Assembly: GCA_964469155.1 (NCBI GenBank)
Contig: CAYXXU010000009.1
Span: 2,494-66,493 of the forward strand
Length of the DNA stretch: 64,000 nt
Direction: 5' to 3'
From: an uncultured Bacteroidales bacterium
GTDB lineage: Bacteria; Bacteroidota; Bacteroidia; Bacteroidales; CAIWKO01
The notes under the pieces are model-generated. The model was given only the letters and a program-made list of their open reading frames with translations, did no database searches and was not told the DNA's origin. Shown one piece after another: positions 1-9,672 of this stretch. The position numbers and the translations under genes are program-made. How positions within the stretch are numbered: position 1 is the stretch's first letter; every line of letters begins with the position of its first letter.

Positions 1-232
1 TAACCACCACAGATAATATTTTATTAACCCTTAAACAAAGGAGGCAACGGCAAAGATATAAAAAACACACACAAGGAAAAGAAAATTAAAACTTTTTAAC
101 TTTCTATCACACCCTTCCATATTTTAAGAACCCTGCCAGGGTAATTCAAAAATATTTATGCGTCAAATGTTTTGCAGCAAGAATGCTGGTGACATTGGAG
201 AAAAATAAGTCATAAATTTAAAATTTAAAAAA

Positions 233-1168
233 ATGAAATATCAAATAGAAAATAAAATAAATCAGATCGATGTAACGTTGTCGGTCGAAGAAAAGTTCCA
301 TACCGAGATGTCAAGCATTCAGGCATTGGAAGACGGTTTTACAGCCCTTAGAAGTATTCGCAGTGGCATAGATGATGCCCTGGAAGTACATTTGGCTGTT
401 ATTACCGGTATTGCCACCAACAAAAAGCTTTCGAAGCTGGCACTGGTTGAGCACGGAATGCTTGTTTCGGAAGCAATTTCGTCGTATGGGCACAGTATAG
501 GCGATCAGGAACTGAAAGAATCCATGATGTTTTCACGATCGAAGCTGAAACGTTGTCGTGACGAAGCTTTAGTGGGTATTGTGTTGGTGATTTTGGCAAA
601 GGCGACAGAGTATTCAACCCAGTTGGTTGATTATGGAGTGGATGCGGCTGAAATAACCGCGCTTGAAACTGCCAACACAGATTTCAAGAAAAGGATACCA
701 AAACCCAAGGAAGCTCGTGATTCGCGTAAGGAATGTACTGCAAAACTGGACCTTTTATGCAAAGAAGCTTCAGTGCTACAGAAGAATGTGTTGGACAAAC
801 TGGTTGACAGGCTTCCGGATTCTTATGCCGAAGCCAAGGCTGCTTACAAAAATTCGTGTATGATCATTGACAATCGCGGAAAAAGAAAAAAAGCGGCAAA
901 GTTGGCCGGCATGGGAATTCTCTTAGGAACCGTTAACAATAGTGAGGATAGTGGTGTTATTGAAGATGCCACTATTATGATAGTTGAACTGAATATGAGT
1001 GTTACTACGGATGAAGACGGAACTTATTATTTCGAGCAGGTTCCGGCCGGTGTTTATACACTTAAGGTTAGTGCGGCTACTTATGTTAGCGAAACTATCC
1101 CGAATGTTGAAATAGTAAAAGACAGTGAAGTTACACTGGATGTTGCATTAAATTCGGATGAGGGATAA
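233..1168 (+). CDS. hypothetical protein with C-terminal CarboxypepD_reg-like beta-sandwich domain
   Basis: 311-aa ORF with ATG start. The helical N-terminal two thirds has no motif I recognise. The C-terminal ~75 aa (GTVNNSEDSGVIEDATIMIVELNMSVTTDEDGTYYFEQVPAGVYTLKVSAATYVSETIPNVEI) shows the DGxYxF...GxYxL pattern of carboxypeptidase-regulatory-like domains. A strong terminator follows. Confidence 0.6.
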   Translation: MKYQIENKINQIDVTLSVEEKFHTEMSSIQALEDGFTALRSIRSGIDDALEVHLAVITGIATNKKLSKLALVEHGMLVSEAISSYGHSIGDQELKESMMFSRSKLKRCRDEALVGIVLVILAKATEYSTQLVDYGVDAAEITALETANTDFKKRIPKPKEARDSRKECTAKLDLLCKEASVLQKNVLDKLVDRLPDSYAEAKAAYKNSCMIIDNRGKRKKAAKLAGMGILLGTVNNSEDSGVIEDATIMIVELNMSVTTDEDGTYYFEQVPAGVYTLKVSAATYVSETIPNVEIVKDSEVTLDVALNSDEG

Positions 1169-1197
1169 GATGTAGTAATTGTGGTGGTTATGGAAAA

Positions 1198-1227
1198 AGC
1201 CTGTTCTATTTGAACGGGCTTTTTTTT
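1198..1227 (+). terminator. rho-independent terminator
   Basis: 9-bp stem AGCCTGTTC (1198-1206) / GAACGGGCT (1212-1220, one G-U pair), 5-nt loop, then a T7 run at 1221-1227. It lies 30 nt after the stop of 233..1168. Confidence 0.7.
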
Positions 1228-1364
1228 ATTGGAGTCAGGTGTTGACAATATAAACAACAGATTTTTCTCTGTCGGAACTGTTAGTTAGTCAGACTTAACC
1301 ACGACGGACCTTTTTTCTTAAACTTGCACCAGTGTCTGGTTAAAATCTATCACCCAATAATATA

Positions 1365-1432
1365 GTACCTACGGCACTTAGTGTTTTTTCGTAATTATCT
1401 ATTCTGCCAACATTTCGTACCTACGGCACTTA
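1365..1432. repeat. 16-bp perfect direct repeat GTACCTACGGCACTTA (1365-1380 and 1417-1432)
   Basis: Two identical 16-mers read directly from the sequence, 52 bp start to start, in the non-coding gap between the terminator and the ATPase pseudogene. Confidence 0.8.
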
Positions 1433-1581
1433 TCTTTAGCATCGTTTGAAGCGATCCTCCAATTGGCGGACATCAGTTCACGAACTACTAATGCTTAATT
1501 GGGGATTAATAATTATCATTGCATATAATTAGTTCTGATTATGTGAAATTTCACACGTTTATATAACCAATCATGTGAATT

Positions 1582-2908
1582 ATGGATTTTAAAAGAAATA
1601 TTACTGCCCAATTAATATCATGGAAAGAGTCTAAAAACCGTAAACCTCTCCTATTAATTAAAAGGAGCGCGCCAGGTTGGGAAAACATGATTGTTGAAAG
1701 ATTTCGGTAAAACAAATTTTTCAGGGGTTACCTATTTTAATTTTGAGGAACAACCTGAATTAGCTCAGTTTTTTGAACATTCAAAGGATGTATCGCGAAT
1801 TATCCGAAATTTGTCAATAGTTTACGGGTCGGCTATTATGCCTGAAAAAACTTTAATTGTTTTTGATGAAATTCAGGAATGCCTTCCTGCATTGAATTCG
1901 TTAAAATATTTTTGTGAAAACCATCCGGAATATCCCGTTGCCTGCGCCGGTTCATTGTTAGGAATAACATTAGGAAAAGAATCTTCATTCCCTGTCGGTA
2001 AAGTTGAATTTCTCGAAGTTTATCCATTAACTTTTTCTGAATTTTTATACGGATTAGATTCTTCCCTTGCGGATTATCTTCATAGTTTACAAGAAATTGA
2101 ACCTATTCCCGATTTGTTTTTTAATGCGTTGGTTGATAAATTTAAAATGTATTTTATTTCCGGAGGACTTCCGGAAGCTGCGAAAAGCCTTGTTTTTGAA
2201 AACGACATTCAACTTACCGAAAAAGTACTTTCAAATATTTTAAGTTCTTATGCATTTGATTTTTCGAAACATGCAACAGCCAAATATTTCCCTAAAATAA
2301 GTTTGGTTTGGGAGTCTCTTCCTTCGCAATTGTCACGTGAAAATAAAAAGTTTTTATATCAATTAATCAAAGAAGGGGCCAGGGCAAGGGAGTATGAAGA
2401 TGCTATAAAATGGTTAATTGCATCAGGCCTAATAAATAGAATATATTGCTGTAAGAAACCCGGCTTGCCACTTTCTGCCTATGTCGATCTTTCGGCATTT
2501 AAATTGTACATGCTTGATGTAGGAATTTTAAGAAGGCTTTCCAGATTAGATTCCAGTGCATTTCAAGAAGGAAACCCCTTGTTTGTAGAGTTTAAGGGAG
2601 CTCTGACCGAGAATTATATTTTACAAAGCTTGCTTCCGCAATTCGAGGTAATTCCGCGTTATTGGACATCTGAAGGCAAAGCTGAAGTCGATTTTCTGAT
2701 TCAATATAAAAATCAAATTATACCGATAGAAGTTAAATCAGATGAGAATATAAGAAGTAAGAGTCTTACCTATTATCACAATACTTTTCAACCTCCTTTA
2801 CGGATAAGATTTTCGCTAAAAAACCTGGCTCTAAATGATGGTTTATTAAATATTCCCTTGTTTATGGCAGACTATACGAACAAATTAATACATGGAATAA
2901 TATCCTGA
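1582..2908 (+). pseudogene. AAA+ ATPase (DUF4143-type ATP-binding protein), disrupted in the P-loop
   Basis: ATG at 1582 gives MDFKRNITAQLISWKESKNRKPLLLIK, then runs out of frame to a TAA at 1708. The +1 frame reads GARQVGKT-TGA-LLKDFGK and continues as the 405-aa track ORF 1691..2908. This implies an extra A in the A4 run 1660-1663 plus an in-frame TGA at 1688-1690 directly after the Walker A GKT. Confidence 0.75.
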
Positions 2909-2963
2909 ATTCTCAGTGTGAAAACCAATAATTACCATCAGAAGGAGCAAACCATAAAAAAAT

Positions 2964-2971
2964 TATCTTTG
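2964..2971 (+). promoter_or_regulatory. candidate Bacteroidota -7 box TATCTTTG (TAnnTTTG)
   Basis: Exact match to TAnnTTTG, 10 nt upstream of the ATG at 2982. Confidence 0.35.
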
Positions 2972-2981
2972 CTGTAACATT

Positions 2982-4145
2982 ATGGAACTGCTGATACTGA
3001 ATTATGAATATCCGCCATTGGGAGGCGGAGCGGGTGTTATTACGCAGACCCTTGCTGAAGGGCTTGCCGGGTTTGGACATAATGTTACCGTGGTTAGCAC
3101 CTGGTTTGAGGGAGAAAATGAAATATCGGAGGATGAAAACCTGAAAATAATACGATTAAGGTCGAGGCGGAAGTTCACTTATCGCTCCAACCCACGAGAA
3201 ATGTTGTCGTGGATAGTACATTCAAAAAAATTTCTGAAAAATTATTGCACGGATCATCCTTTTGATCTTTGTTTCGCGAATTTCTCAATCCCCGGGGGTG
3301 AAACCGCGCTTTTTCTGAAGAAGAAATTCAATATTCCCTATATCGTGATCTCACACGGACATGATATCCCCTGGTTTTTTCCGAAACAAATGTTTTGGTA
3401 TCATTTGTTTACCTATTTCCGGATACGGAAAATCTGCTACAATTCCGAAAAACTCGTGCTTCTTTCGGAGCCTATGAAGGCCAATGCAGATAGGTTTATG
3501 GGTAAAAAACATAAGGTTAAGAATTATATCATCTCCAATGCCTTTGATAATAGTTTGTTCTATCCTGATTATACAAAACGTAACAAAGTTTTCACTATAG
3601 TTTTCTCCGGAAGGCTTGTAGAGCAAAAAGACCCTATGACCTTTTTAAAAGCCATGCTTTTATTGGCAGAGCAAAATGTAACTTTCAGGGTGGAAATTTG
3701 TGGTGATGGGGTTTTACGCAACAAAATGGAGAACTTTGTTGTCAGGAATCAATTACAGGAAATTGTACAATTTAAGGGTTGGTTAAAAAAAGAAGAATTG
3801 GCTGATTCCTACCGGAAAGCACATGTTTTTGTATCCTCCTCACTTGAGGAAGGTATGTCAGTAGCGATACTTGAGGCCATGGCTTCGGGCTTGTATGCTT
3901 TTGTGACCCCCATCAGTAATAATATTAGAGTTATTACTGATTGTCATAGTGGTGAAATTTTTAATTGCAGCGATGCTCAAACATTATCACAAAAATTGCA
4001 GGATTTTTACGAGAATAAATTCTCACAAAATTATCAGATACCTAATAAAATACTTGAAGAATTCGGTGATTTTTTTCATAATAAAGTGATGGTGGAGGGG
4101 TATCAATCGATTGCAAAAAAAACGTATAGTTCTGAAAATCATTAA
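2982..4145 (+). CDS. glycosyltransferase family 4 (GT-B fold)
   Basis: 387 aa. N-terminal EYPPLGGGAG glycine loop and C-terminal EEGMSVAILEAMASG (E-x7-E), both typical of GT4 enzymes. Confidence 0.85.
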   Translation: MELLILNYEYPPLGGGAGVITQTLAEGLAGFGHNVTVVSTWFEGENEISEDENLKIIRLRSRRKFTYRSNPREMLSWIVHSKKFLKNYCTDHPFDLCFANFSIPGGETALFLKKKFNIPYIVISHGHDIPWFFPKQMFWYHLFTYFRIRKICYNSEKLVLLSEPMKANADRFMGKKHKVKNYIISNAFDNSLFYPDYTKRNKVFTIVFSGRLVEQKDPMTFLKAMLLLAEQNVTFRVEICGDGVLRNKMENFVVRNQLQEIVQFKGWLKKEELADSYRKAHVFVSSSLEEGMSVAILEAMASGLYAFVTPISNNIRVITDCHSGEIFNCSDAQTLSQKLQDFYENKFSQNYQIPNKILEEFGDFFHNKVMVEGYQSIAKKTYSSENH

Positions 4146-4181
4146 GACATTTATTGTAAAAGTACGTATCGGCAAATGAAA

Positions 4182-4214
4182 TTGACAATATTAACGGCAT
4201 ATGATTATTGTCAA
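4182..4214. promoter_or_regulatory. perfect 9-bp inverted repeat TTGACAATA-N15-TATTGTCAA
   Basis: 4182-4190 and 4206-4214 are exact reverse complements. The repeat lies in the GT4-wzm intergenic region. No T-run follows, so an operator-like site is more likely than a terminator. Confidence 0.3.
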
Positions 4215-4240
4215 TTATTAAAAGACTGACTTAAAAGCCA

Positions 4241-4248
4241 TAAATTTG
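4241..4248 (+). promoter_or_regulatory. candidate -7 box TAAATTTG
   Basis: TAnnTTTG match 40 nt upstream of the ATG at 4288. Confidence 0.35.
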
Positions 4249-4287
4249 CGAAATCAAAGTTGAAATTTTTTGCTTGAAGTAAATACA

Positions 4288-5106
4288 ATGAAGGAAAGAA
4301 AAATAATTGATTCGTATAATAAAACACCATTTTTTTCTTACTTAAAACAAATTTGGAAATTCCGATATTTTTCTTTTTCTATCGGTTTTGGCGAACTAAA
4401 AAACAAACATGCCAAAACGTATACCGGTATTTTTATGAGTTTTATTCAAACTCTAATTACCTTATGTATTTACTGGTTTGTTTTTGGAATCATTATTAAA
4501 GTAAAAACCGGCAGCATACCCTATCCTTTGTTTGTACTCAGTGGTTTGATATTATGGCAGTATTTTTCCAATACCGTTAATACGATAACCTGGGCATTAA
4601 TCAGTTCTGAGAATTTAATTTCGAAACTTTATTTTCCCAGAATAAATATCATTTTTTCAAAAATGATACCAGGAACCATAGATTTTTTAATCGGTAGTTG
4701 TATATTTATTATCCTGTTTATTTTATATTCTCAACCATTGTCGCTTTCATTGCTTTTGGTTCCATTTGTTCTGATGATCCTAATAATTAACACCCTATCC
4801 ATAGGGCTTTGGACAAGCATTATTTCATTATATTACAATGATTTGAGCCATATACTGGTTCAATTGATAACTTTCTTTATTTTTATCACTCCCGTATTTT
4901 ATCCCAGTACCATTATTCCAGAACAATATAAGATACTTTTATATATAAACCCCATTGCAGGAACCATAGAATTGTTCAGATCACTTTTTTTTAATTACTC
5001 TTTTGAACAGGGATATATCACAGGTTTTTTCATTTCAGGCCTCTTATTTATTTCTGCCCTGTATTTTCATAAAAAAATTGATAAAAAAATTACTGACTTG
5101 CTTTAA
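4288..5106 (+). CDS. wzm: ABC-2 type polysaccharide export permease
   Basis: I prefer the ATG at 4288 to the track TTG at 4270. 272 aa with about six hydrophobic segments, matching the ABC-2 permease pattern of O-antigen/teichoic-acid exporters. The stop is 2 nt before the partner ATPase gene. Confidence 0.8.
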   Translation: MKERKIIDSYNKTPFFSYLKQIWKFRYFSFSIGFGELKNKHAKTYTGIFMSFIQTLITLCIYWFVFGIIIKVKTGSIPYPLFVLSGLILWQYFSNTVNTITWALISSENLISKLYFPRINIIFSKMIPGTIDFLIGSCIFIILFILYSQPLSLSLLLVPFVLMILIINTLSIGLWTSIISLYYNDLSHILVQLITFFIFITPVFYPSTIIPEQYKILLYINPIAGTIELFRSLFFNYSFEQGYITGFFISGLLFISALYFHKKIDKKITDLL

Positions 5107-5108
5107 TA

Positions 5109-6329
5109 ATGAAAGATATCGTAATACGTATTTCGGATTTAAATAAAGATTATTTTATAAACGACCTTAGACAAACTACAAGGCATCCAAATCCTTTTCA
5201 GAGCAAAAAAGAATCGCACGTATTTCATGCTTTAAAAGATATCAATCTGGAAATAGAAAAGGGAGAAGTTATAGGAATTATCGGGCCAAATGGAGCCGGT
5301 AAATCTACTTTATTAAAACTGATTAGCGAGGTTACTATCCCAACATCCGGGAATATTGAAATTCAAGGAAGTGTTGCTTCCATATTGGAAATAGGGATAG
5401 GATTTCAACCGGATCTGACCGGCTTTGAAAATATTTTTTTATCTGGAAGCTTGTATGGATTAACAAAGAATCAAATTAAAAAAAAGACATGTGAAATAAT
5501 TGACATGTTTGGCTTTCCTGATTTCATACATACAGCCGTTAAATATTACTCGTCTGGGATGTACATGCGATTAGCATTCTCAATAATAACTCATATTGAT
5601 GCAGATATTTATTTATTTGATGAAGTACTTAATGTTGGTGATTTAAATTTTAAAAATAAAGGGGTTTCAAAAATAAAAGAATTGAAGAATAAGGGGAAAA
5701 CAGTTCTAATTATAACTCATGCAGCACAATCACTAATTAAATTATTTGACAGGGTATTAATACTTGATAGCGGAGAAATTAAATTCTATGGCAATCCGGA
5801 CCTTGCAATAAAAATTGATTATGGATTGTTAACAAACAATAGTAAATTAGTTTCAAAGCAAATCAATCAGATAAATCAAAATGAACTCCTTCAAAAACAA
5901 AACCTCTTCAACATTGATTTTCAATCAAAATTATGGTTGAATTTTTTAAAAATATATAATTCTAAAACAAATGATTTTCTATGTACTGATTATGAAATCA
6001 TTATAGAAACCATTTTTCATGTTAATTGTAAAATAAATTTCAGAATGGGAGTTATCATTAAAGATTATAATGATAATGTTATTGCTAATTGTTTTTCGGA
6101 TGAGATTGACACAATTGAGAATAAGGGGGAGTACAATATTAAAGCAATATTCCCTCCCAATACTTTCAGGTCAAATTTTTTTATGATTGATATTGTAATT
6201 GTCTCCATGGATTCAATAATAATGTCATATACAAATGCTTTAAAATTTCGTTTGAGTTCTTCTGACAATCAAAGTTCGTTTGAAATTTTTGGATATATTA
6301 ACCCAACAGTCTGTTTTGAAATAAATTAA
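5109..6329 (+). CDS. wzt: polysaccharide ABC exporter ATP-binding protein with extra C-terminal domain
   Basis: Walker A GPNGAGKST, signature-like YSSGMYMRLAF, Walker B IYLFDEVL. About 160 aa extend beyond the nucleotide-binding domain. Confidence 0.85.
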   Translation: MKDIVIRISDLNKDYFINDLRQTTRHPNPFQSKKESHVFHALKDINLEIEKGEVIGIIGPNGAGKSTLLKLISEVTIPTSGNIEIQGSVASILEIGIGFQPDLTGFENIFLSGSLYGLTKNQIKKKTCEIIDMFGFPDFIHTAVKYYSSGMYMRLAFSIITHIDADIYLFDEVLNVGDLNFKNKGVSKIKELKNKGKTVLIITHAAQSLIKLFDRVLILDSGEIKFYGNPDLAIKIDYGLLTNNSKLVSKQINQINQNELLQKQNLFNIDFQSKLWLNFLKIYNSKTNDFLCTDYEIIIETIFHVNCKINFRMGVIIKDYNDNVIANCFSDEIDTIENKGEYNIKAIFPPNTFRSNFFMIDIVIVSMDSIIMSYTNALKFRLSSSDNQSSFEIFGYINPTVCFEIN

Positions 6330-6337
6330 ACTAATAA

Positions 6338-7861
6338 ATGAGTCCCAAGAAAAAAATAGTATTGTTTTATCCGATTGCAACGAATTTCAAACAAGGTCCA
6401 CCCTATTCTTTGCTTTTTCTGGAACGTATGGTTAGAGATGTTGAAGTTGAGGTTGCGATTTTTGATGAAAAACATGATAAGGGTCTTTTTGAATTTATTA
6501 AGATTAATCAGGAGGACATAATTCTTTTGGGAATTAGTGTTATGCTAAGTAACCAAATAATCAGTGCACGAATTGTTGCCGAATTTACCAAAACACACAC
6601 AAATATTCCTGTATTATATGGAGGATGGTTCCCGACAACATTTCCGGAAATTGTTTTATCTGAAGAATTTATTGATTTTATAATAGTAAAGCAGGGAGAA
6701 ATACCTTTCCGGGAATTAATATTAAAATTGCAAAGTGATAATAATGATTATGAAACTATTAAAGGATTGGGATTTAAAAAAGAGGGATCATTAATTTTAA
6801 ATGAAGAGAATAAATGGGCAAATATTTTTGAATTCCCAAGAGTTGATTTTAACAAAATAGATATCACTAAATATTTAGAAAATGGCAATCTCATACAGTA
6901 TATAGCTTCGCAAGGATGTAATTGCCAGTGTAATTTTTGTACTTTTTCCATTATTAAAGATATCCGTCATTTAACGAACAAACCAGAGAATATAATTGAA
7001 GACATTGTTTCCCTTAAAAATAAAATCCCAGGATTAACTCATATAAGCTTTATTGATGACAATTTCTTTTCAAACAGGCACTTCGTTATGCAACTATGCA
7101 ACTTATTCATTGAGCATAAAATTAATATTACCTGGAATGGCAGCGCTCACATAAAACAATTCTTAACATTTTACAATGAAGATGATATAAAATTCATTAA
7201 AAAAAGTGGTTGTATTATGATCTGGTGTGGAGCTGAATCAGCTGATGATTCTGTCCTTAAGAAAATTAATAAAAATTATAAGAAAAATGACACAATAAAC
7301 ATATTACGTATATTTAAAAGAAATCAAATTAGTGCTTCTTTTAATTTCATGGTTGCATTTCCGATAAATCCACAGATTGACTTTAAAAGAACTTTAAAGT
7401 TTATTATGAAAATATTACTATTAAACAGAAATTTAGAGATTGCTGTCAATTTTTACATGCCATTTACTAAAAACGAATATTATTATGAAGCCAGAAAATT
7501 GGGCTTCTCACTTCCTAATTCATATAAGGAATTTGAGAATGTTATAATGAATGGTTCTGAGATGAACTGGGTAACACCTGAAATGAAAAGACAAATAGGG
7601 TATCTGGGTGAATTTTATTTGCCAATATTGAAACTCAAATATCCACTAAATACGCAAGACGTATTAAAGCAAAAGTGGAACTTATTATTTGCAATATTTT
7701 ATCCTCTTATTTATTTACGTTTTGCCACACGCTTTTACAGATTAAATATTGACGCATATTTAGGACTGAAATATTTAAATTATTTCAGAAAAAAGAAAGG
7801 AATTGAAGTATCAAATCTTAATAATTTTATGACGGGCTTTGATAGGTATGTTGATGAATAA
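6338..7861 (+). CDS. B12-binding domain radical SAM protein (class B)
   Basis: 507 aa. N-terminal Rossmann-like cobalamin-binding-type region (KKIVLFYP...LLGISVM...VLYGGWFPT) followed by CNCQCNFC (CX3CX2C). Confidence 0.85.
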   Translation: MSPKKKIVLFYPIATNFKQGPPYSLLFLERMVRDVEVEVAIFDEKHDKGLFEFIKINQEDIILLGISVMLSNQIISARIVAEFTKTHTNIPVLYGGWFPTTFPEIVLSEEFIDFIIVKQGEIPFRELILKLQSDNNDYETIKGLGFKKEGSLILNEENKWANIFEFPRVDFNKIDITKYLENGNLIQYIASQGCNCQCNFCTFSIIKDIRHLTNKPENIIEDIVSLKNKIPGLTHISFIDDNFFSNRHFVMQLCNLFIEHKINITWNGSAHIKQFLTFYNEDDIKFIKKSGCIMIWCGAESADDSVLKKINKNYKKNDTINILRIFKRNQISASFNFMVAFPINPQIDFKRTLKFIMKILLLNRNLEIAVNFYMPFTKNEYYYEARKLGFSLPNSYKEFENVIMNGSEMNWVTPEMKRQIGYLGEFYLPILKLKYPLNTQDVLKQKWNLLFAIFYPLIYLRFATRFYRLNIDAYLGLKYLNYFRKKKGIEVSNLNNFMTGFDRYVDE

Positions 7862-7880
7862 AAACTAATTTAAGAATAAA

Positions 7881-9635
7881 ATGAAATCTTTTCTTGGAGT
7901 ATATTATAAACGGGAGTTAATAAGCAGGCAAGCCACTCAAATCGTAATTGATCATTTTTTAAATGGTAAAAATAAACAAAAGATTACAGAACATAAATAT
8001 GACCATTTATATTTAGCGCAACATAATTATAGTTCATCTCCAGAGTCCGAACTAGTAATTGGAAAATCTCTGTATGGATTTAACGGTATTATGTATCCTC
8101 CATTTCCACCTGCTTCTAATGGGATAGATTTAAGTGAGCAGATTTTACATTATTTTGAAGCTGGTTATAATAAAACCGGATACGACTCATTCAAACAATT
8201 AAAGGGAAAATACAATGCCTATATTTACAATACTGAAAGGCATGAACTAATTCTGGTTAATGACCCATTGGGAATGAATCCTTTATTTTATTATGAAGAT
8301 GAAGAAGTTTTTATTTTTTGTACCGAATATGAAGCTCTTTCAGAATTTGCACAAGCGAAACAAGAACTGGATATTGATGCCATTTTTGAGTATTTTATTT
8401 TTGGAGCACCACAAAATAACAATACATTTTTCCAGAAGATTAAATTATTGCCGCCCGGAAGTTTATTTACTTTTTGCGGCGAAAAAAAACTGGTTACACC
8501 CATTTACGAACGTATTAATATTCAACCAAATCAATCGGATATTGAAGAAATTGCAGATCGGTATTTTATAACATTTAAAGCAGAATTAAAATTATTACTG
8601 AAATGGTATCCCGATCTACCGGTTACGCTTACAGGCGGTACCGATACACGGATTATTTTAGGAGCAATGGATGAGGACCAAAGAAGAAAGCGAAAGTTCT
8701 TTACGTTTACAAGCAGAGTGGTTGAAAACTTTGAAAATCAGGATGTTTTAATTTCAAACATGCTTGCAAAAGAATTCGGACTACAACATAGTATCCTGGA
8801 AAAAGAGTTTTATGCCATAACTACTTTAGATGATGACTATTTTAATAATGTTCGTAACAATTCGGATTTTTTTGTTTCAGGGTTTCTTGGCTCAGAAACA
8901 CTGAGATTTTCTCCTTCTTATCCAAATAATATTTCTGAAATTTCAAGGAGTATTATATCTTCTACATATAATAAATATGATGATGCGCATGATTTTCTTT
9001 TTCCAATGAAAAAGGGTTTTACAAATTCAAAAAAAATATCCTTTGCAGAAAAGAGTTTGAGGGAATTCTTTAATAAAACCTATAGGAAAAATGTGAAAAT
9101 TACACCTAGCAATCTTTTTAAGTCTATAGAACATGCATCCGGACCTTATCCGGAAATTATTTATACTGATAATTATTTGATTCGTTGTTTCTTTTCCCGT
9201 CATTGCGGAGGTGCCAAGAGTAATGTAATTATGCCAGTTCACAATAGTCAGCATTTTGTTTCACCCTTTGCTATTAAAGAATTGCTTCAAATCATCTGGA
9301 GCATAAATCCCCAATATTTATACAGTAACAAAGATGGCATCTCGAATCGTATATTAAAGGATCACTTGCCTGAATTCTGTAAAGTAGAAAGCAATTCACA
9401 TCTGACAGATTATGATGGGACAATTTTAAAAAAATTCACAAGCGGACGACATACTGTCGATTATAACGCCATAAAATATCCTTCCTTCAACGATATCTGC
9501 AAAGACAATTTTGATTATCTATATAGCATATTTGATCTGAAAAAAGTAAAACGGCATTTTTTCGACAAAAATAATCCTTACATGTTTGTATGGGCGGACC
9601 TGTTCATATGGATAAATTATTTACATACCATATAA
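7881..9635 (+). CDS. asparagine synthetase B family protein lacking the N-terminal Cys nucleophile
   Basis: 584 aa. LILVNDPLGMNPLFYY parallels LLIARDRFGIKPLYY of the bona fide AsnB at 30351. LTGGTDTRIILGAM resembles the SGGxDS PP-loop. The protein begins MKS rather than MCG. Confidence 0.6.
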   Translation: MKSFLGVYYKRELISRQATQIVIDHFLNGKNKQKITEHKYDHLYLAQHNYSSSPESELVIGKSLYGFNGIMYPPFPPASNGIDLSEQILHYFEAGYNKTGYDSFKQLKGKYNAYIYNTERHELILVNDPLGMNPLFYYEDEEVFIFCTEYEALSEFAQAKQELDIDAIFEYFIFGAPQNNNTFFQKIKLLPPGSLFTFCGEKKLVTPIYERINIQPNQSDIEEIADRYFITFKAELKLLLKWYPDLPVTLTGGTDTRIILGAMDEDQRRKRKFFTFTSRVVENFENQDVLISNMLAKEFGLQHSILEKEFYAITTLDDDYFNNVRNNSDFFVSGFLGSETLRFSPSYPNNISEISRSIISSTYNKYDDAHDFLFPMKKGFTNSKKISFAEKSLREFFNKTYRKNVKITPSNLFKSIEHASGPYPEIIYTDNYLIRCFFSRHCGGAKSNVIMPVHNSQHFVSPFAIKELLQIIWSINPQYLYSNKDGISNRILKDHLPEFCKVESNSHLTDYDGTILKKFTSGRHTVDYNAIKYPSFNDICKDNFDYLYSIFDLKKVKRHFFDKNNPYMFVWADLFIWINYLHTI

Positions 9636-9672
9636 TCGAATCGGTTGCCAAATTGAATCTAATAATAACCAC

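Noticed and set aside
1688-1690. TGA after the Walker A motif as selenocysteine or Trp recoding
   Set aside because: TGA clearly terminates other genes here (for example 2906-2908 and 28753-28755). No SECIS-like hairpin is obvious. The same gene also needs a frameshift 25 nt upstream. Pseudogenisation is the simpler explanation.
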